DNA from: Candidatus Babeliales bacterium
GTDB lineage: Bacteria; Babelota; Babeliae; Babelales; JANWKD01
Assembly: GCA_963722255.1 (NCBI GenBank)
Contig: CAVRJO010000002.1
Coordinates: 608,001 to 672,000, forward strand
Direction of reading: 5' to 3'
Length of the DNA: 64,000 nucleotides
Shown here piece by piece: positions 10,275-20,930 of this stretch. Each line of letters opens with the position of its first letter. The stretch's first letter is position 1. Position numbers and translations under genes: made by a program. The notes beneath the pieces were generated by a model that was not told the DNA's origin, did not search any database, and saw only the letters and a program-made list of their open reading frames with translations.

Positions 10275-11912
10275 TTATTTTAATGAATTCCACTGCTGCA
10301 AACATTTTTGATACTTAGTTTTATCATTTGAGATTGAACAAAAGTTAATTGCTTGTTGAAGCATTGCATATGCAGCCTTCGTATCACCTTTTTTATGCAT
10401 GGTTTTAGCCAAATGATACAACACTGAAGCATCTTGTGGCATTTTCTTTGTAAGCGCCGTTAAAAGCTTATATGCTTCATCGTATTTTTTCTGTTTATAT
10501 AAAATCAATGCACGAGTTTCTATAAAATGAGGATTTTTATCCTTTTTCAAAACAGCAGTTATAAGCGATTCAGCTTCTTGTATATTGTTACCTTTGGTCG
10601 CATAGTAGTATGCAAGGAGATTTAATAAGGGTGGATAATCTTGATTAAGTTTTTTGCCCTCAAGCAATGTAGTAAGCATTTTATTCCATTCTTTATTTTC
10701 AAAATACAATGCAGACAACTGATATAAAACTCTTGTTTTAACAAGAGTATCGTGAGCTTTTTCTGCTGCTTTCGTAAGATACACTATAGCATTTTTTGTA
10801 TCCTGAAGCCTTAAATAGATGTCGGCTTTATAGAGCAGAGGCAATACTAAACTACTATCTTTTTTTTCCACAGATGAAAATAGAGTTAATGTACGCGAAC
10901 TTGGAACACCGGCTTTATATAATAAATGTGCAGTTCTATACCACGTATCATTCGTGAAATCAGTCTCTATTTTTTTTTGAAGATATAAAAGTGCTTCATC
11001 AACTTTATTAATTTTGCATAAGATTTCAATGGTAAGCAAACAAGTTGGTACATGCGTCTCTTTTTGAGGATCGGCCGATATAATTTGTAATGCTTTTTGA
11101 TACTCTTTAGCAGTGTACGCTTCAAGCGCTTCTTTAAAAAGTTGGTTTCCTGATTGATTCATCATCTGCTGTCTAACTTGTAATTGCATAATTTGACGTT
11201 CAAGCAAAGGATTTGGCCCTAAAAGCTTTAAGGTACTTTGGTAATTATGAACTGCTTCTTCAAGGTTGCCCGAAAGTTCATTAATAAGACCCAATAATAA
11301 CCAGCCTTGATCAAATCCTGGTGAAAGCTCTAAGCATTTTTTAACATTGATTGTTGCAAGTTGGTAATTGCCGACTCTTGAATAAATCTGGGCTTTTAAA
11401 AAATAAAAAATGAAATTTTTTGATGTATTGATTGCATTTTGTAAATAAGTATCTATACATTCTAAAGCTTGTGAAAAACGATTATTTTCAGCATGCATAG
11501 AAGCAGCATAGAAATTAATTTCAGGATTTTCTGGATGATTTTTACTCAATGCAGTTAAACGGTTAATTGCTTCATTTGTTTTGTTAAGTGCTTGAAACGC
11601 ATTAATTATTATCATATCCGTTTGTACATCATTTTTTTTATGTGCCTCAATCGAGGGAATTAATTTTAGTATAGTTTCAAACTGTTCTGTTTGAGATAAA
11701 TGAAATAATAAACCCGAATAGATATGAGCGGTATTATGGTTCTTTAAAAGATAATCATAATATCGCTTTGCTTGATTACTATTTTTTTCCAACTGATTAT
11801 AGTGCGCTAAAAAATAAAACTGATACTTTTCTGAAGAAGAAGTTATGGCGGTTATAAAAGCGCAATAGAAGATGCAAACAAAGATACAAACTATTTTTTT
11901 TAAATTGTTCAT
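10275..11912 (-). CDS. Tetratricopeptide-repeat protein (exported)
   Basis: Signal peptide; many TPR-like helical pairs (GWLLLGLINELSGNLEEAVHNYQ; LLNLLAYYYA..NIQEAESLI; VLYHLAKTM). Confidence 0.85.
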   Translation of the reverse strand: MNNLKKIVCIFVCIFYCAFITAITSSSEKYQFYFLAHYNQLEKNSNQAKRYYDYLLKNHNTAHIYSGLLFHLSQTEQFETILKLIPSIEAHKKNDVQTDMIIINAFQALNKTNEAINRLTALSKNHPENPEINFYAASMHAENNRFSQALECIDTYLQNAINTSKNFIFYFLKAQIYSRVGNYQLATINVKKCLELSPGFDQGWLLLGLINELSGNLEEAVHNYQSTLKLLGPNPLLERQIMQLQVRQQMMNQSGNQLFKEALEAYTAKEYQKALQIISADPQKETHVPTCLLTIEILCKINKVDEALLYLQKKIETDFTNDTWYRTAHLLYKAGVPSSRTLTLFSSVEKKDSSLVLPLLYKADIYLRLQDTKNAIVYLTKAAEKAHDTLVKTRVLYQLSALYFENKEWNKMLTTLLEGKKLNQDYPPLLNLLAYYYATKGNNIQEAESLITAVLKKDKNPHFIETRALILYKQKKYDEAYKLLTALTKKMPQDASVLYHLAKTMHKKGDTKAAYAMLQQAINFCSISNDKTKYQKCLQQWNSLK

Positions 11913-12018
11913 TATATCCCTTACCAATCTAGCTAAGTCCCATTTTTATAATGGTACTATTTCATGAGTAAATTAAGCTAGAGTTCAAGGCATTAATAGT
12001 TTATAAAGTTTCAGAATG

Positions 12019-12459
12019 TCACAAATTTTGGTTTGTATAATGACAGCGCGCAAGAAACCTTTTTAAAGCATATTGAAGGTGCTCATCTTCTATTCTCTCA
12101 AGAGCTTTTTTCTGTTTGGTTGTTAGGGTTATTTCTTGAAAAACCACCTGTTGCTGTAACGATTTAATCAGACTATTTTTTTTTATGCGCGGGGTACATT
12201 TAAATCGCAATTGTTTCACATAAGGATACTCAAGATGCTGATTAATTTTTTTTATTAAAATATCAGAAAGGCAGTGTAATTCTTGCATCCAACTGGCATT
12301 TGAAACACTCAAAATTAAGGTATCTTTCTGTATTTTCTCAAGACGTACCTGAAAATTGAGTTCACCGATAATCACATCCCATTTTTGAAACAAATATAAT
12401 TTCCAAGAATCTGGTTTAGGTAAAATGGTTGAAAGTAAATCTTTAATTGGTTTTGCCAT
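12019..12459 (-). CDS. dciA: DUF721/DciA-family helicase-loading protein
   Basis: W..IIG, TLILSVSNASWMQEL and ILIKKIN..VKQLRF pattern. Confidence 0.75.
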   Translation of the reverse strand: MAKPIKDLLSTILPKPDSWKLYLFQKWDVIIGELNFQVRLEKIQKDTLILSVSNASWMQELHCLSDILIKKINQHLEYPYVKQLRFKCTPRIKKNSLIKSLQQQVVFQEITLTTKQKKALERIEDEHLQYALKRFLARCHYTNQNL

Positions 12460-12573
12460 AACGATTATTATTTATGCACTAACTACAGTTCTGTGAGAAC
12501 ATTGACAATCTACTGTTATTTCATATACCACTAACAATAACTATATTTTCAACAAGATCAAGGTAAAAAGACA

Positions 12574-15114
12574 ATGGATATTGTATCATACAGTCAAATG
12601 ACTTTTGAGCAGCTGTTTACCACCTTAAAAACATCTCGACAAGGATTATCAAACTCTGAAGCAAAGAAGCGGCTTGAAGAATACGGTCTTAATAGAATTG
12701 AAAAAAATCGCTTTCTCTTGCTTGATTTTCTTAGTAAAAATCTTAATTCCTACTTCATCTATTTATTAGCTGGAGCTTCGCTTGTTTCACTCGCATTAGG
12801 CAACTATTTTGAAGGAATAATGATTCTTGTTTTTACTTTTATAAATATTTCCTTAGGATTTTATCAAGAATATAAAGCACATAAAGCTTCTGAGCTACTT
12901 AGCCGCTATTTAGTATCACAAATTGAAGTTATCAGAGAAGGAAGAGTTCTACTGGTTGATGCAGTTTCACTTGTGCCAGGCGACATTATTCTTGTTAACC
13001 AAGGAACAATAATTCCCGCAGACATGCGCTTTATCCAAACCTCTAATCTTATGGTTGACGAATCGAATATAACTGGAGAATCTGTTCCCATTGCGAAAAA
13101 TTCTGCACCATTAACATCTGACAACATTGCATTATATGAAGCAACTAATTTGGGCTTTTCTGGAACCACGGTTGTTTCAGGAACAGGCATGGGTGTGGTA
13201 ATTGCAGTTGGGAAATCAACAATTTCAGGTTCATTATCATCACTCACTAAGAATATTATTAAAGAAAGTATCTTTGCACGCGAAATAAATCAATTTAGTA
13301 AATATATAATGATTTTAGTAATTTGCACGTTACTCCTTATTTTTTTTATAAATCTTTTGATAAAAGGATCTCAAGCAGATATTTTTCAATTGCTTCTTTT
13401 TTCAATCGCTTTAGCGGTTGGTATAACGCCAGAAGCCTTACCTCTTGTCATTACATTTTGTTTATCACGCGGAGCATTACATCTTGCACATAATAAAGTA
13501 ATTGTGACACGTCTTGCAGCAATAGAAGATTTGGGAAGCATCGATGTCTTATGCTCAGATAAGACAGGAACATTGACTGAAAATAAACTTGAAGTAGCAC
13601 AAATATTTGGTGAAGATAAGCAAAAAATTTTACTGTACGCAAATTTAGCAGGCTCTAGAAACGTGACTCAATCAATACGGTTAATAAATCCAATTGATAA
13701 TGCATTATGGACAGCCTTAGATCCAAAGATGCAAGAAAAATTCCTTGAGTATGAGAAACAATATGAACAAAGTTTTGATTATCAACGTCTACGTAATGAT
13801 GTCATTGTTCAAACCAATACTACAACTATATTAATTGTTCGTGGCGTTATTGATACCATATTAGATCTTTGTATACCCGATACAAAAGACAAATTACAAG
13901 CATGGGCTCAGGAACAAGAAAAAAAAGGTAACCGAGTCATTCTTATTGCTTACAAACAGTTGGAAAACGGTAAAAATTATGCACAAGTCATTGAGCATGA
14001 ACGCGACTTAACCTGTATTGGCTTGATATCATTTTTTGATCCTATTAAAAAAGATGCCAAACAAGCCTTTGTTGCAGCAGAAAGATTGGGAATTTCATTA
14101 AAAATTTTAACAGGAGATTCTGCACAAGTCGCAGGAGCTATAGGTTATGAAATTGGGCTTATTGATAATCCAGAAAAAGTAATAACGGGAACAGCATTAC
14201 AAGCGATGAATAAGCAAGAAAAAAAACAAGCTATTTATGCCAATACAATTTTTGCTCGAATTCAACCTGAACAGAAATTTGAGATCATAGATATTTTACA
14301 AGAAAATCATCAAGTAGGTTATTTAGGCGATGGTATTAATGATTTACCTGCTCTTAAAAAAGCAAATGTTGCCATCGTCGTACAAGGTGCAGCTGATACT
14401 GCGCGAGATGCGGCTGATATCATCTTATTAAAAAAAAGTTTAAACAATATTATTAATGGCATATATGAAGGAAGAGTTATTTATGCAAATACCATTAAAT
14501 ATATAAAAATGGAACTTGCTTCGATTTTTGGTAATTTTTATTCTATTGCAGTAGCATCACTCTTTATTAATTTTTTACCTTTATTACCACTACAAATATT
14601 ATTAATCAACGTTTTAGCCGATTTTCCAATGATATCTTTGGCAACAGACAGTGTTGATAAAGATGAGATAAGAACCCCCAAAAGCTATTCTTTTAGAGAT
14701 ATCCTTATTTTCAGCACCATTTTAGGATTAATTAGTTCATTATTTGATTTTATAACATTCGCTCTCTTTTATAGAATGTCACCAAAAATATTACAAACAA
14801 ATTTATTCATCGAAAATATGCTTACTGCGTTAATCCTAATTTTTTCAATTAGGACACGAAAATTTTTTATACGAGCAAAATCTCCTTCATTGAGTTTATT
14901 GTTCTTATCAATTCTCATAGCATGTGTCAGTATATTCTTACCCTTCACCAAAATTGGTAAATCCCTATTCTCATTTACAACACCAAATAGCTCTCATGTT
15001 GCAATTATAGTAGCTTTGACCATACTATACCTAGGTATTTCTGAAGCCGCAAAAATAGGTTTTTACTATTTTTTAAACAATAAAAATCATAAAAATAATC
15101 ATCAAATGCAGTGA
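12574..15114 (+). CDS. P-type cation-transporting ATPase, MgtA-like
   Basis: TGES, PEALP, DKTGT, TGD and GDGINDLPAL motifs; M5-M6 region resembles Mg2+ ATPases. Confidence 0.88.
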   Translation: MDIVSYSQMTFEQLFTTLKTSRQGLSNSEAKKRLEEYGLNRIEKNRFLLLDFLSKNLNSYFIYLLAGASLVSLALGNYFEGIMILVFTFINISLGFYQEYKAHKASELLSRYLVSQIEVIREGRVLLVDAVSLVPGDIILVNQGTIIPADMRFIQTSNLMVDESNITGESVPIAKNSAPLTSDNIALYEATNLGFSGTTVVSGTGMGVVIAVGKSTISGSLSSLTKNIIKESIFAREINQFSKYIMILVICTLLLIFFINLLIKGSQADIFQLLLFSIALAVGITPEALPLVITFCLSRGALHLAHNKVIVTRLAAIEDLGSIDVLCSDKTGTLTENKLEVAQIFGEDKQKILLYANLAGSRNVTQSIRLINPIDNALWTALDPKMQEKFLEYEKQYEQSFDYQRLRNDVIVQTNTTTILIVRGVIDTILDLCIPDTKDKLQAWAQEQEKKGNRVILIAYKQLENGKNYAQVIEHERDLTCIGLISFFDPIKKDAKQAFVAAERLGISLKILTGDSAQVAGAIGYEIGLIDNPEKVITGTALQAMNKQEKKQAIYANTIFARIQPEQKFEIIDILQENHQVGYLGDGINDLPALKKANVAIVVQGAADTARDAADIILLKKSLNNIINGIYEGRVIYANTIKYIKMELASIFGNFYSIAVASLFINFLPLLPLQILLINVLADFPMISLATDSVDKDEIRTPKSYSFRDILIFSTILGLISSLFDFITFALFYRMSPKILQTNLFIENMLTALILIFSIRTRKFFIRAKSPSLSLLFLSILIACVSIFLPFTKIGKSLFSFTTPNSSHVAIIVALTILYLGISEAAKIGFYYFLNNKNHKNNHQMQ

Positions 15115-15279
15115 GCTGACTCATATAATACTCTTACCTCAACTTTTCTTACTCAAAGAATTACTGCCCTATACGCATTTGATATTAGATAAAAAAATAT
15201 GTATAGTATATAATGAATAAAGTAAATAATTGCTTGTTAGTCAATTTTAACAACGCTCATTAAAATTTTTAGGAACATT

Positions 15280-15501
15280 ATGAAAAAAACCAACCTTATT
15301 ATAGTTTTTATGAGTTCAATTGTTATGTGCAAAGGCATGCAGATACAAACAGAAGATGAGCGAAGAGTAGCCCGTGCAGCTGTTTTCTATGTAGATTCTC
15401 CCTGCGGCGGTAATCGAATTATACCTCAGGAAGATCAACGACCTGAACCTAATGTTACTACAGAAAATCCACACCTACAACAATTTTATCAATATCGATA
15501 A
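15280..15501 (+). CDS. Small secreted hypothetical protein
   Basis: AGGA RBS; signal peptide ...VMCKG then MQIQ; shares an AAVF motif with the next ORF. Confidence 0.6.
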   Translation: MKKTNLIIVFMSSIVMCKGMQIQTEDERRVARAAVFYVDSPCGGNRIIPQEDQRPEPNVTTENPHLQQFYQYR

Positions 15502-15534
15502 CCAAACTAATTTTTTTAAATAATTAAGGCTCGT

Positions 15535-15808
15535 ATGAACTCAATCCAGGTTTTTGCCCTTTTTGTTTCTCTTTTTTTATACTACAACTATTCTTACTAT
15601 GCACCACAGTCATGCTCAACTCACAGATGCTCAAAAAGCTGCGGTTTTCTTCTTACAGCTTCCTAATTCACATGGTGACTTTGAAGAACCTTCAAATAAT
15701 AATAGGCAAATTCATCCGCATATTCAAAATGGATTATTACCCTACGTGCCTTATGGAACGCAAGAATATTCTGATAAGTATGATTATCTAAGACCCCCTA
15801 GACACTAA
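15535..15808 (+). CDS. Small secreted hypothetical protein, frameshifted in T7 tract
   Basis: ATG at 15535 follows AAGG. Removing one T from the run at 15572-15578 joins MNSIQVFALFVSLF to YTTTILTMHHS...AAVFF and gives a full signal peptide. Confidence 0.5.
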
Positions 15809-15944
15809 TCTTTAATGCATTACTATTTTGACCTAACTTTTTTAATCTAGAATATTAATGAACATCAGATATACTGATTGATGAAAAGTTCGAATAAAAA
15901 AGGTTAATGAATTTGAAACAAACAAAATATCTATGCGGTATTGC

Positions 15945-16385
15945 ATGAAAGATTTTGAGCTTATTGAACATACGGCAGACTTAAAAATACGGGTATTTGG
16001 AAAAACGCTCCAAGAACTTTTTGTTAATGCACTTAAAGGCATGTTTCAATCAATACACCCAAAAGCATCTCGATGCATGTATGAAAATGATCGGCTCATT
16101 TGCCCTTCCTTGCCTAAGGAGCATACTCTTACAATCAAATCTATTGATCAAGTATCCCTTCTTGTTGATTTTTTATCAGAAGCATTGTATTTATCCGATA
16201 CGAACAATGAAGCATATCTTGATGCAAAAATTACCCATCTTAATGAACAGCATTTAGAAGCCAAGATTTTTGGAATTGCGATTGATGGTTTTGATGTTGT
16301 AGAAATTAAAGCGGTAACGTATCATGATCTAGAATTTAAACAGATTAATGGTCTGTGGCAAACTGATATTGTATTTGATATTTAA
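15945..16385 (+). CDS. Archease
   Basis: EHTADL, LLVDFLSEALY, EIKAVTYH and terminal VFDI; lies directly upstream of rtcB. Confidence 0.93.
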   Translation: MKDFELIEHTADLKIRVFGKTLQELFVNALKGMFQSIHPKASRCMYENDRLICPSLPKEHTLTIKSIDQVSLLVDFLSEALYLSDTNNEAYLDAKITHLNEQHLEAKIFGIAIDGFDVVEIKAVTYHDLEFKQINGLWQTDIVFDI

Positions 16386-16399
16386 AAAAAGAGTTTATA

Positions 16400-17857
16400 A
16401 TGAATAGTCCCGTACGCAAAGAAGATTTAATCAAAATAGACGAGAGCTGTTATGAAATACCCAAAACATTTCGTCAGGATATGCGCGTTCCAGCGCGAGT
16501 ATTTGTTAATGAGCTATTACTTGATGAAATCCTAAAAGATCGTTCTTTGGGGCAACTTGTTAACGTTGCAACACTTCCCGGAATAGTTGAACATGCATTA
16601 GCTATGCCCGATATTCATGAAGGATATGGATTTCCTATCGGAGGAGTGGCAGCAACATCAATTCATGATGGCGGAGTCATCTCTCCAGGAGGAATCGGCT
16701 ATGATATCAATTGTGGTGTTCGTTTATTACGTGCTGACATTTCAATTTCTGAAATTAAACCCCTCTTACAAAAAGTTGCCGATGAAATTTTTCAGGCGAT
16801 ACCCTCCGGTGTTGGCCGTGGTGGAACAGTAAAAATAACGCATAAAGAAATTGATAAACTCTTAATTCAAGGCATCGATTATTTCCTTGAGCGAGATATT
16901 GGAACAACTTCAGATAAGGAATTCTGCGAAGAAAATGGACGTATGAAAAATGCGGATGCTGCATGCGTTTCTGATCATGCAAAAAAACGCGGACTTGACC
17001 AATTGGGAACTTTGGGATCAGGTAATCATTTTCTTGAAATTCAATATGTTGATACGATTTTTGATACAAAAACTGCATCAATTTTTGGTCTTTCTGAAGG
17101 CATGGTCACCGTTATGATTCATTGCGGCTCTCGCGGTTTGGGCCATCAAGTTTGCACCGATTATGTTCGTTCATTTATGCCACATTTGGCACGATGGGGC
17201 ATTGTGCTACCTGATAGAGAGTTAGTATGCGCTCCATTTTTAAGCGATGAAGGACAAAATTATTTTAAAGCTATGCAAGCAGCTGCAAATTTCGCTTGGG
17301 CAAATCGTCATATGATTGCTCATAATACTCGCCAAGCATGGCATAAAGTTTTTGGCACACAAGCATCACTTACCATGATGTATGATGTTTCTCATAATAT
17401 GGGAAAACAAGAAATACATAGAGTTAATGGTAAAAATATAGAACTATTGGTACACAGAAAAGGCGCAACACGTTCATTCGGTCCGAGTCGTTTAGAAATT
17501 CCTGAGTATTATCGGCCTTACGGACAACCTGTACTTATTCCCGGCACTATGGGAACAGCCTCTTATGTTTTAGCTGGTGACCTGCAGGGAATGGAAGTGG
17601 CATTTGGATCATCATGTCATGGCGCTGGCAGAAAAATGTCTCGCATGCAGGCAAAGAAGCATGTTCGAGGTTCAACATTGCGCCAAACGCTCGAACAACA
17701 AGGGATTGTTATTTGTTGTGATTCCGATCCCGGTTTAGCCGAAGAAGCACCTGAGGCATATAAAGATGTTGAAGAAGTTGTTTCAGTCGTTCAAAATGCA
17801 CATCTTGCACATAAAGTTGCACGGCTAAAACCATTAGCCGTTATAAAAGGCGGCTAA
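16400..17857 (+). CDS. rtcB: RNA-splicing ligase RtcB
   Basis: MPDIHEGYGFPIGG, GYDINCG, GTLGSGNHF, HCGSRG, HN, HRKGAT, SCHGAGR, EEAPEAYK. Confidence 0.97.
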   Translation: MNSPVRKEDLIKIDESCYEIPKTFRQDMRVPARVFVNELLLDEILKDRSLGQLVNVATLPGIVEHALAMPDIHEGYGFPIGGVAATSIHDGGVISPGGIGYDINCGVRLLRADISISEIKPLLQKVADEIFQAIPSGVGRGGTVKITHKEIDKLLIQGIDYFLERDIGTTSDKEFCEENGRMKNADAACVSDHAKKRGLDQLGTLGSGNHFLEIQYVDTIFDTKTASIFGLSEGMVTVMIHCGSRGLGHQVCTDYVRSFMPHLARWGIVLPDRELVCAPFLSDEGQNYFKAMQAAANFAWANRHMIAHNTRQAWHKVFGTQASLTMMYDVSHNMGKQEIHRVNGKNIELLVHRKGATRSFGPSRLEIPEYYRPYGQPVLIPGTMGTASYVLAGDLQGMEVAFGSSCHGAGRKMSRMQAKKHVRGSTLRQTLEQQGIVICCDSDPGLAEEAPEAYKDVEEVVSVVQNAHLAHKVARLKPLAVIKGG

Positions 17858-18587
17858 TAATTGATCTGCAAAAATAGATTTTTCAAAAAAATTTTGGCAC
17901 TGCCCGGCATTAGAGGTTTTTCTAATGCACGTTTCAAATAGTCTATGTGACTTATGATGGCATCAGCTGCCATTTCGTCTTCTATCACTTTGTCATAGAG
18001 AGCACACCAGTAAGCAATAGTTTCATTAAGAGTCGCCGCTACTATCTGTTCATTGAGATTAGTTTTTTCCAATATTTGCATAAAAAGCTCAGGATCATCT
18101 TTTTTTTAGTAAAAAAAGGAACTAAATCATAGCTTTCTGTATTCGATTCAGTTTTCTCAGCATAGATAATTGAACAACGGGATCGTAAAGTGGGTGCAAC
18201 TAGTTGAAGAAGTTGTGCTAAAAAAATTATATGATACCCGTGGGGAGGTTCTTCTATCGATTTTAATAAACTATTACTACATGCATGTGATAAATAGTCA
18301 GCATTCTGAAAAATAAAGTAAAACCGTTCATTAGGCATTAATGAACGCGAAATGGTACTAAAAAATGGCTTTAAAGTATCAAGCGTATAGTTTCCTGTAG
18401 GATTAAACCACATACACCCATGATATTGTCGTTGTCGTATTTGCAAACAAATAATGCAGGTAGAACAACCGCTATATTTACAAAAAACTTTTTGTAAATA
18501 TAGTTCAACATCATGCACCACTTGTGATGGCAAACCAATCCATAACTGAGCAGGCGTCTTAGAACTATGGTGCATAGTAGTGCTCAC
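17854..18587 (-). CDS. holB: DNA polymerase III delta' subunit-like protein, split by a -1 frameshift in an A8 run
   Basis: Follows tmk; Cys motif C..GCSTCIIC, SNSLLKSIEEPP and TLRSRC. The 17854-18081 frame continues (DDPELFMQILEK...) if one A is added at 18100-18107. Confidence 0.78.
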
Positions 18588-19212
18588 ATTCTAAAAGGAT
18601 AGAGTCGATTTTTTTGAAAGCGTCCCTCATCACCGCCTCTTGCGTTTGTTGGCCATCAACAACAAGAACATCCGTTCGGTCTTTATAAAGCATAGTAAAT
18701 CCTTCAATAACTTTTTGAAAAAAATCAAGATCCTTTTCAAAATTAGTTAATGATTGATTTCTCAACCGTAAGCGCTCGACCGCTGTTTCAATCGGAACTT
18801 TTACATAGAGAGTAAGTGTTGGTTTTATATCTTTCATAACCCAACTATTAGTAGTTTCTATCACTGCACGATTAAGCCCTCGTGCATATCCTTGATAAAC
18901 AATAGAAGAATCCGCAAGTCTATCTGAAATAACAAGTTTATTGCTCGCAAGAGCAGGAATAATAGATTCATGAAAATGCTGAGCTCGATCAGCAGCAAAT
19001 AAAAGAAATTCTGCTTCGGGGCATGTTGCTATCTGCTGCTCTTGTAAATGGGATCGCAGAAAAGCACCCAAAGGTGACCCACCTGGCTCTTTCGTGAGCA
19101 TTGTAGTATAATGAGCGCTATAATAATTAAAAAGATTTCGCGCGAGGGTTGACTTGCCTGAACCATCAACACCTTCAACAGCTAATAATATTCCATGCTT
19201 AAGCGATTTCAT
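18565..19212 (-). CDS. tmk: Thymidylate kinase
   Basis: EGVDGSGKST, KEPGG, LLFAADRAQH, ISDR, YQG. Confidence 0.95.
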   Translation of the reverse strand: MKSLKHGILLAVEGVDGSGKSTLARNLFNYYSAHYTTMLTKEPGGSPLGAFLRSHLQEQQIATCPEAEFLLFAADRAQHFHESIIPALASNKLVISDRLADSSIVYQGYARGLNRAVIETTNSWVMKDIKPTLTLYVKVPIETAVERLRLRNQSLTNFEKDLDFFQKVIEGFTMLYKDRTDVLVVDGQQTQEAVMRDAFKKIDSILLECEHYYAP

Positions 19213-19304
19213 GCCTGTCCTCTATACCATACTAATGATTTATGATAAGTATATCATAATAAGACATGTATCGTAATAGCGCCGTTATTTTGAAAGTAAC
19301 TTGA

Positions 19305-20882
19305 ATGCTAAAAACATCACAAAAGCACATAAAAGAGAACAAAAGTTTTAAAAAGCATTATTCCTTGCTTTTTGAGAATGGAATTTTTATGTTTGCAGGA
19401 ACATTATTGCAACGAGCTGCAAAAAAGTTTCCTCATTTGACTGCATTGATCTGCAAAGATATACCTATGACCTTTGAGCAGCTTTATGTTCACTCCCTTG
19501 CAATAACCAAGCAGCTCCTTAACGCGGGCGTAGGTCCAAAAGATAAAGTTTGTCTTCTTTATGAAAATTCAATCACCTATTACCAAGCATATTATGGAAT
19601 CTGGCAAACGGGGTCGGTCGTTGTTCCGCTTAATACTTTCTTATCTGATCGCGAACTTGATCATATTATTAAAGATTGCAACCCGAAAGCGCTCATCATC
19701 TCCCCTGAATACGCAAAAAAATTTGATCCTTCAATTTTCTCTTCGATTATCGTTTTGGAACTTTCAGATGATGAACAAAGCAAAAGCATTCAAAAAATAA
19801 CATCACAAGATCTTGAATATACTATTCCCTATCTAGAACCCGATGAAATGGCTGCTCTTCTTTATACCTCCGGCACAACTGGATTTCCAAAAGGAGTAAT
19901 GTTAAGTTCAAGAAATATTTTGACCAATGTTATTCAAATCATCACTGCAGTTGATGTAAGCAATAATGATTGTCTTTTAGGCGTTCTTCCTTTATTTCAC
20001 AGTTTTGCACAAAATATCTCAATTTGGACAACTGCTTTTTTAGGTGCAAAAACTATTATACTTCCAAAAATTGAACGTAAATGGATAATTGATGGATTAA
20101 AGCATAAACCAACCGTAATAATCGCTGTCCCAGCCCTTTACGGCTTGTTATGCATGCTTAGAGATCTAGATCTAAGTTCGGTTCGCTATTTTGTTTCAGG
20201 TGGCGATGCATTACCTGATAAGATTCGAGCTCTTTTTGAAATGGTCTATCGTAGAAAACTATGCAATGGCTATGGCTTAACCGAAACATCACCTTTCATT
20301 GCAGCAGATATCGAAGACTCTTTAAAGCAAACCAATACCGTTGGAAGAGTAGGCTGTAACATTGAATGGTCATTACGTGATGAAAATAATAACGAAGTTC
20401 CACACGGACAAATTGGTATTTTATGGGTTAAAGGCGACAATGTTATGTTGGGGTATTTTAACGCACCTGAGGCAACAGCCGAAATTTTAAAAGATGGATG
20501 GTTAAACACCGGCGATTTTGCACAATTTGATGCAGAGGACCGTTTAATAATTGCAGGCAGATTTAAAGATTTAATAGTTCACAAAGGCATTAAAATCTAT
20601 CCCCAAGAAATAGAAAATCTTCTTATAAGCTATCCAGGCATAATGAAAGCTGGTGTTATTGGTGCTCCGGATGAACAAAGCGGAGAAATTCCTATTGCTT
20701 ACATCGTGATTAAAGATCCATCACCAACCTTCGATCAACAGATAAAAGAGTATTGCATAAAAAATTTAGCTGGCTATAAAGTCCCACGCCAATTTATCAT
20801 TCTTGAAGATTTGCCCATGACTTCCTTGGGTAAAGTTGATAAAAAAAAGCTGCGATTGGAATATAGCAAAAATATACAATGA
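19305..20882 (+). CDS. fadD: Long-chain-fatty-acid--CoA ligase (AMP-binding); alternative start 19389
   Basis: YTSGTTGFPKG, GYGLTETSP, GWLNTGD, GRFKDLI, GKVDK. Confidence 0.85.
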   Translation: MLKTSQKHIKENKSFKKHYSLLFENGIFMFAGTLLQRAAKKFPHLTALICKDIPMTFEQLYVHSLAITKQLLNAGVGPKDKVCLLYENSITYYQAYYGIWQTGSVVVPLNTFLSDRELDHIIKDCNPKALIISPEYAKKFDPSIFSSIIVLELSDDEQSKSIQKITSQDLEYTIPYLEPDEMAALLYTSGTTGFPKGVMLSSRNILTNVIQIITAVDVSNNDCLLGVLPLFHSFAQNISIWTTAFLGAKTIILPKIERKWIIDGLKHKPTVIIAVPALYGLLCMLRDLDLSSVRYFVSGGDALPDKIRALFEMVYRRKLCNGYGLTETSPFIAADIEDSLKQTNTVGRVGCNIEWSLRDENNNEVPHGQIGILWVKGDNVMLGYFNAPEATAEILKDGWLNTGDFAQFDAEDRLIIAGRFKDLIVHKGIKIYPQEIENLLISYPGIMKAGVIGAPDEQSGEIPIAYIVIKDPSPTFDQQIKEYCIKNLAGYKVPRQFIILEDLPMTSLGKVDKKKLRLEYSKNIQ

Positions 20883-20930
20883 ATTAATTTTTTTAAGCAA
20901 AGAATAATAAAAATCGAGAGAGTAATTGTA

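Noticed and set aside
10072..10305. 77-aa minus-strand ORF
   Set aside because: Overlaps the TPR gene end, has no clear RBS or motif, and spans probable promoter DNA.
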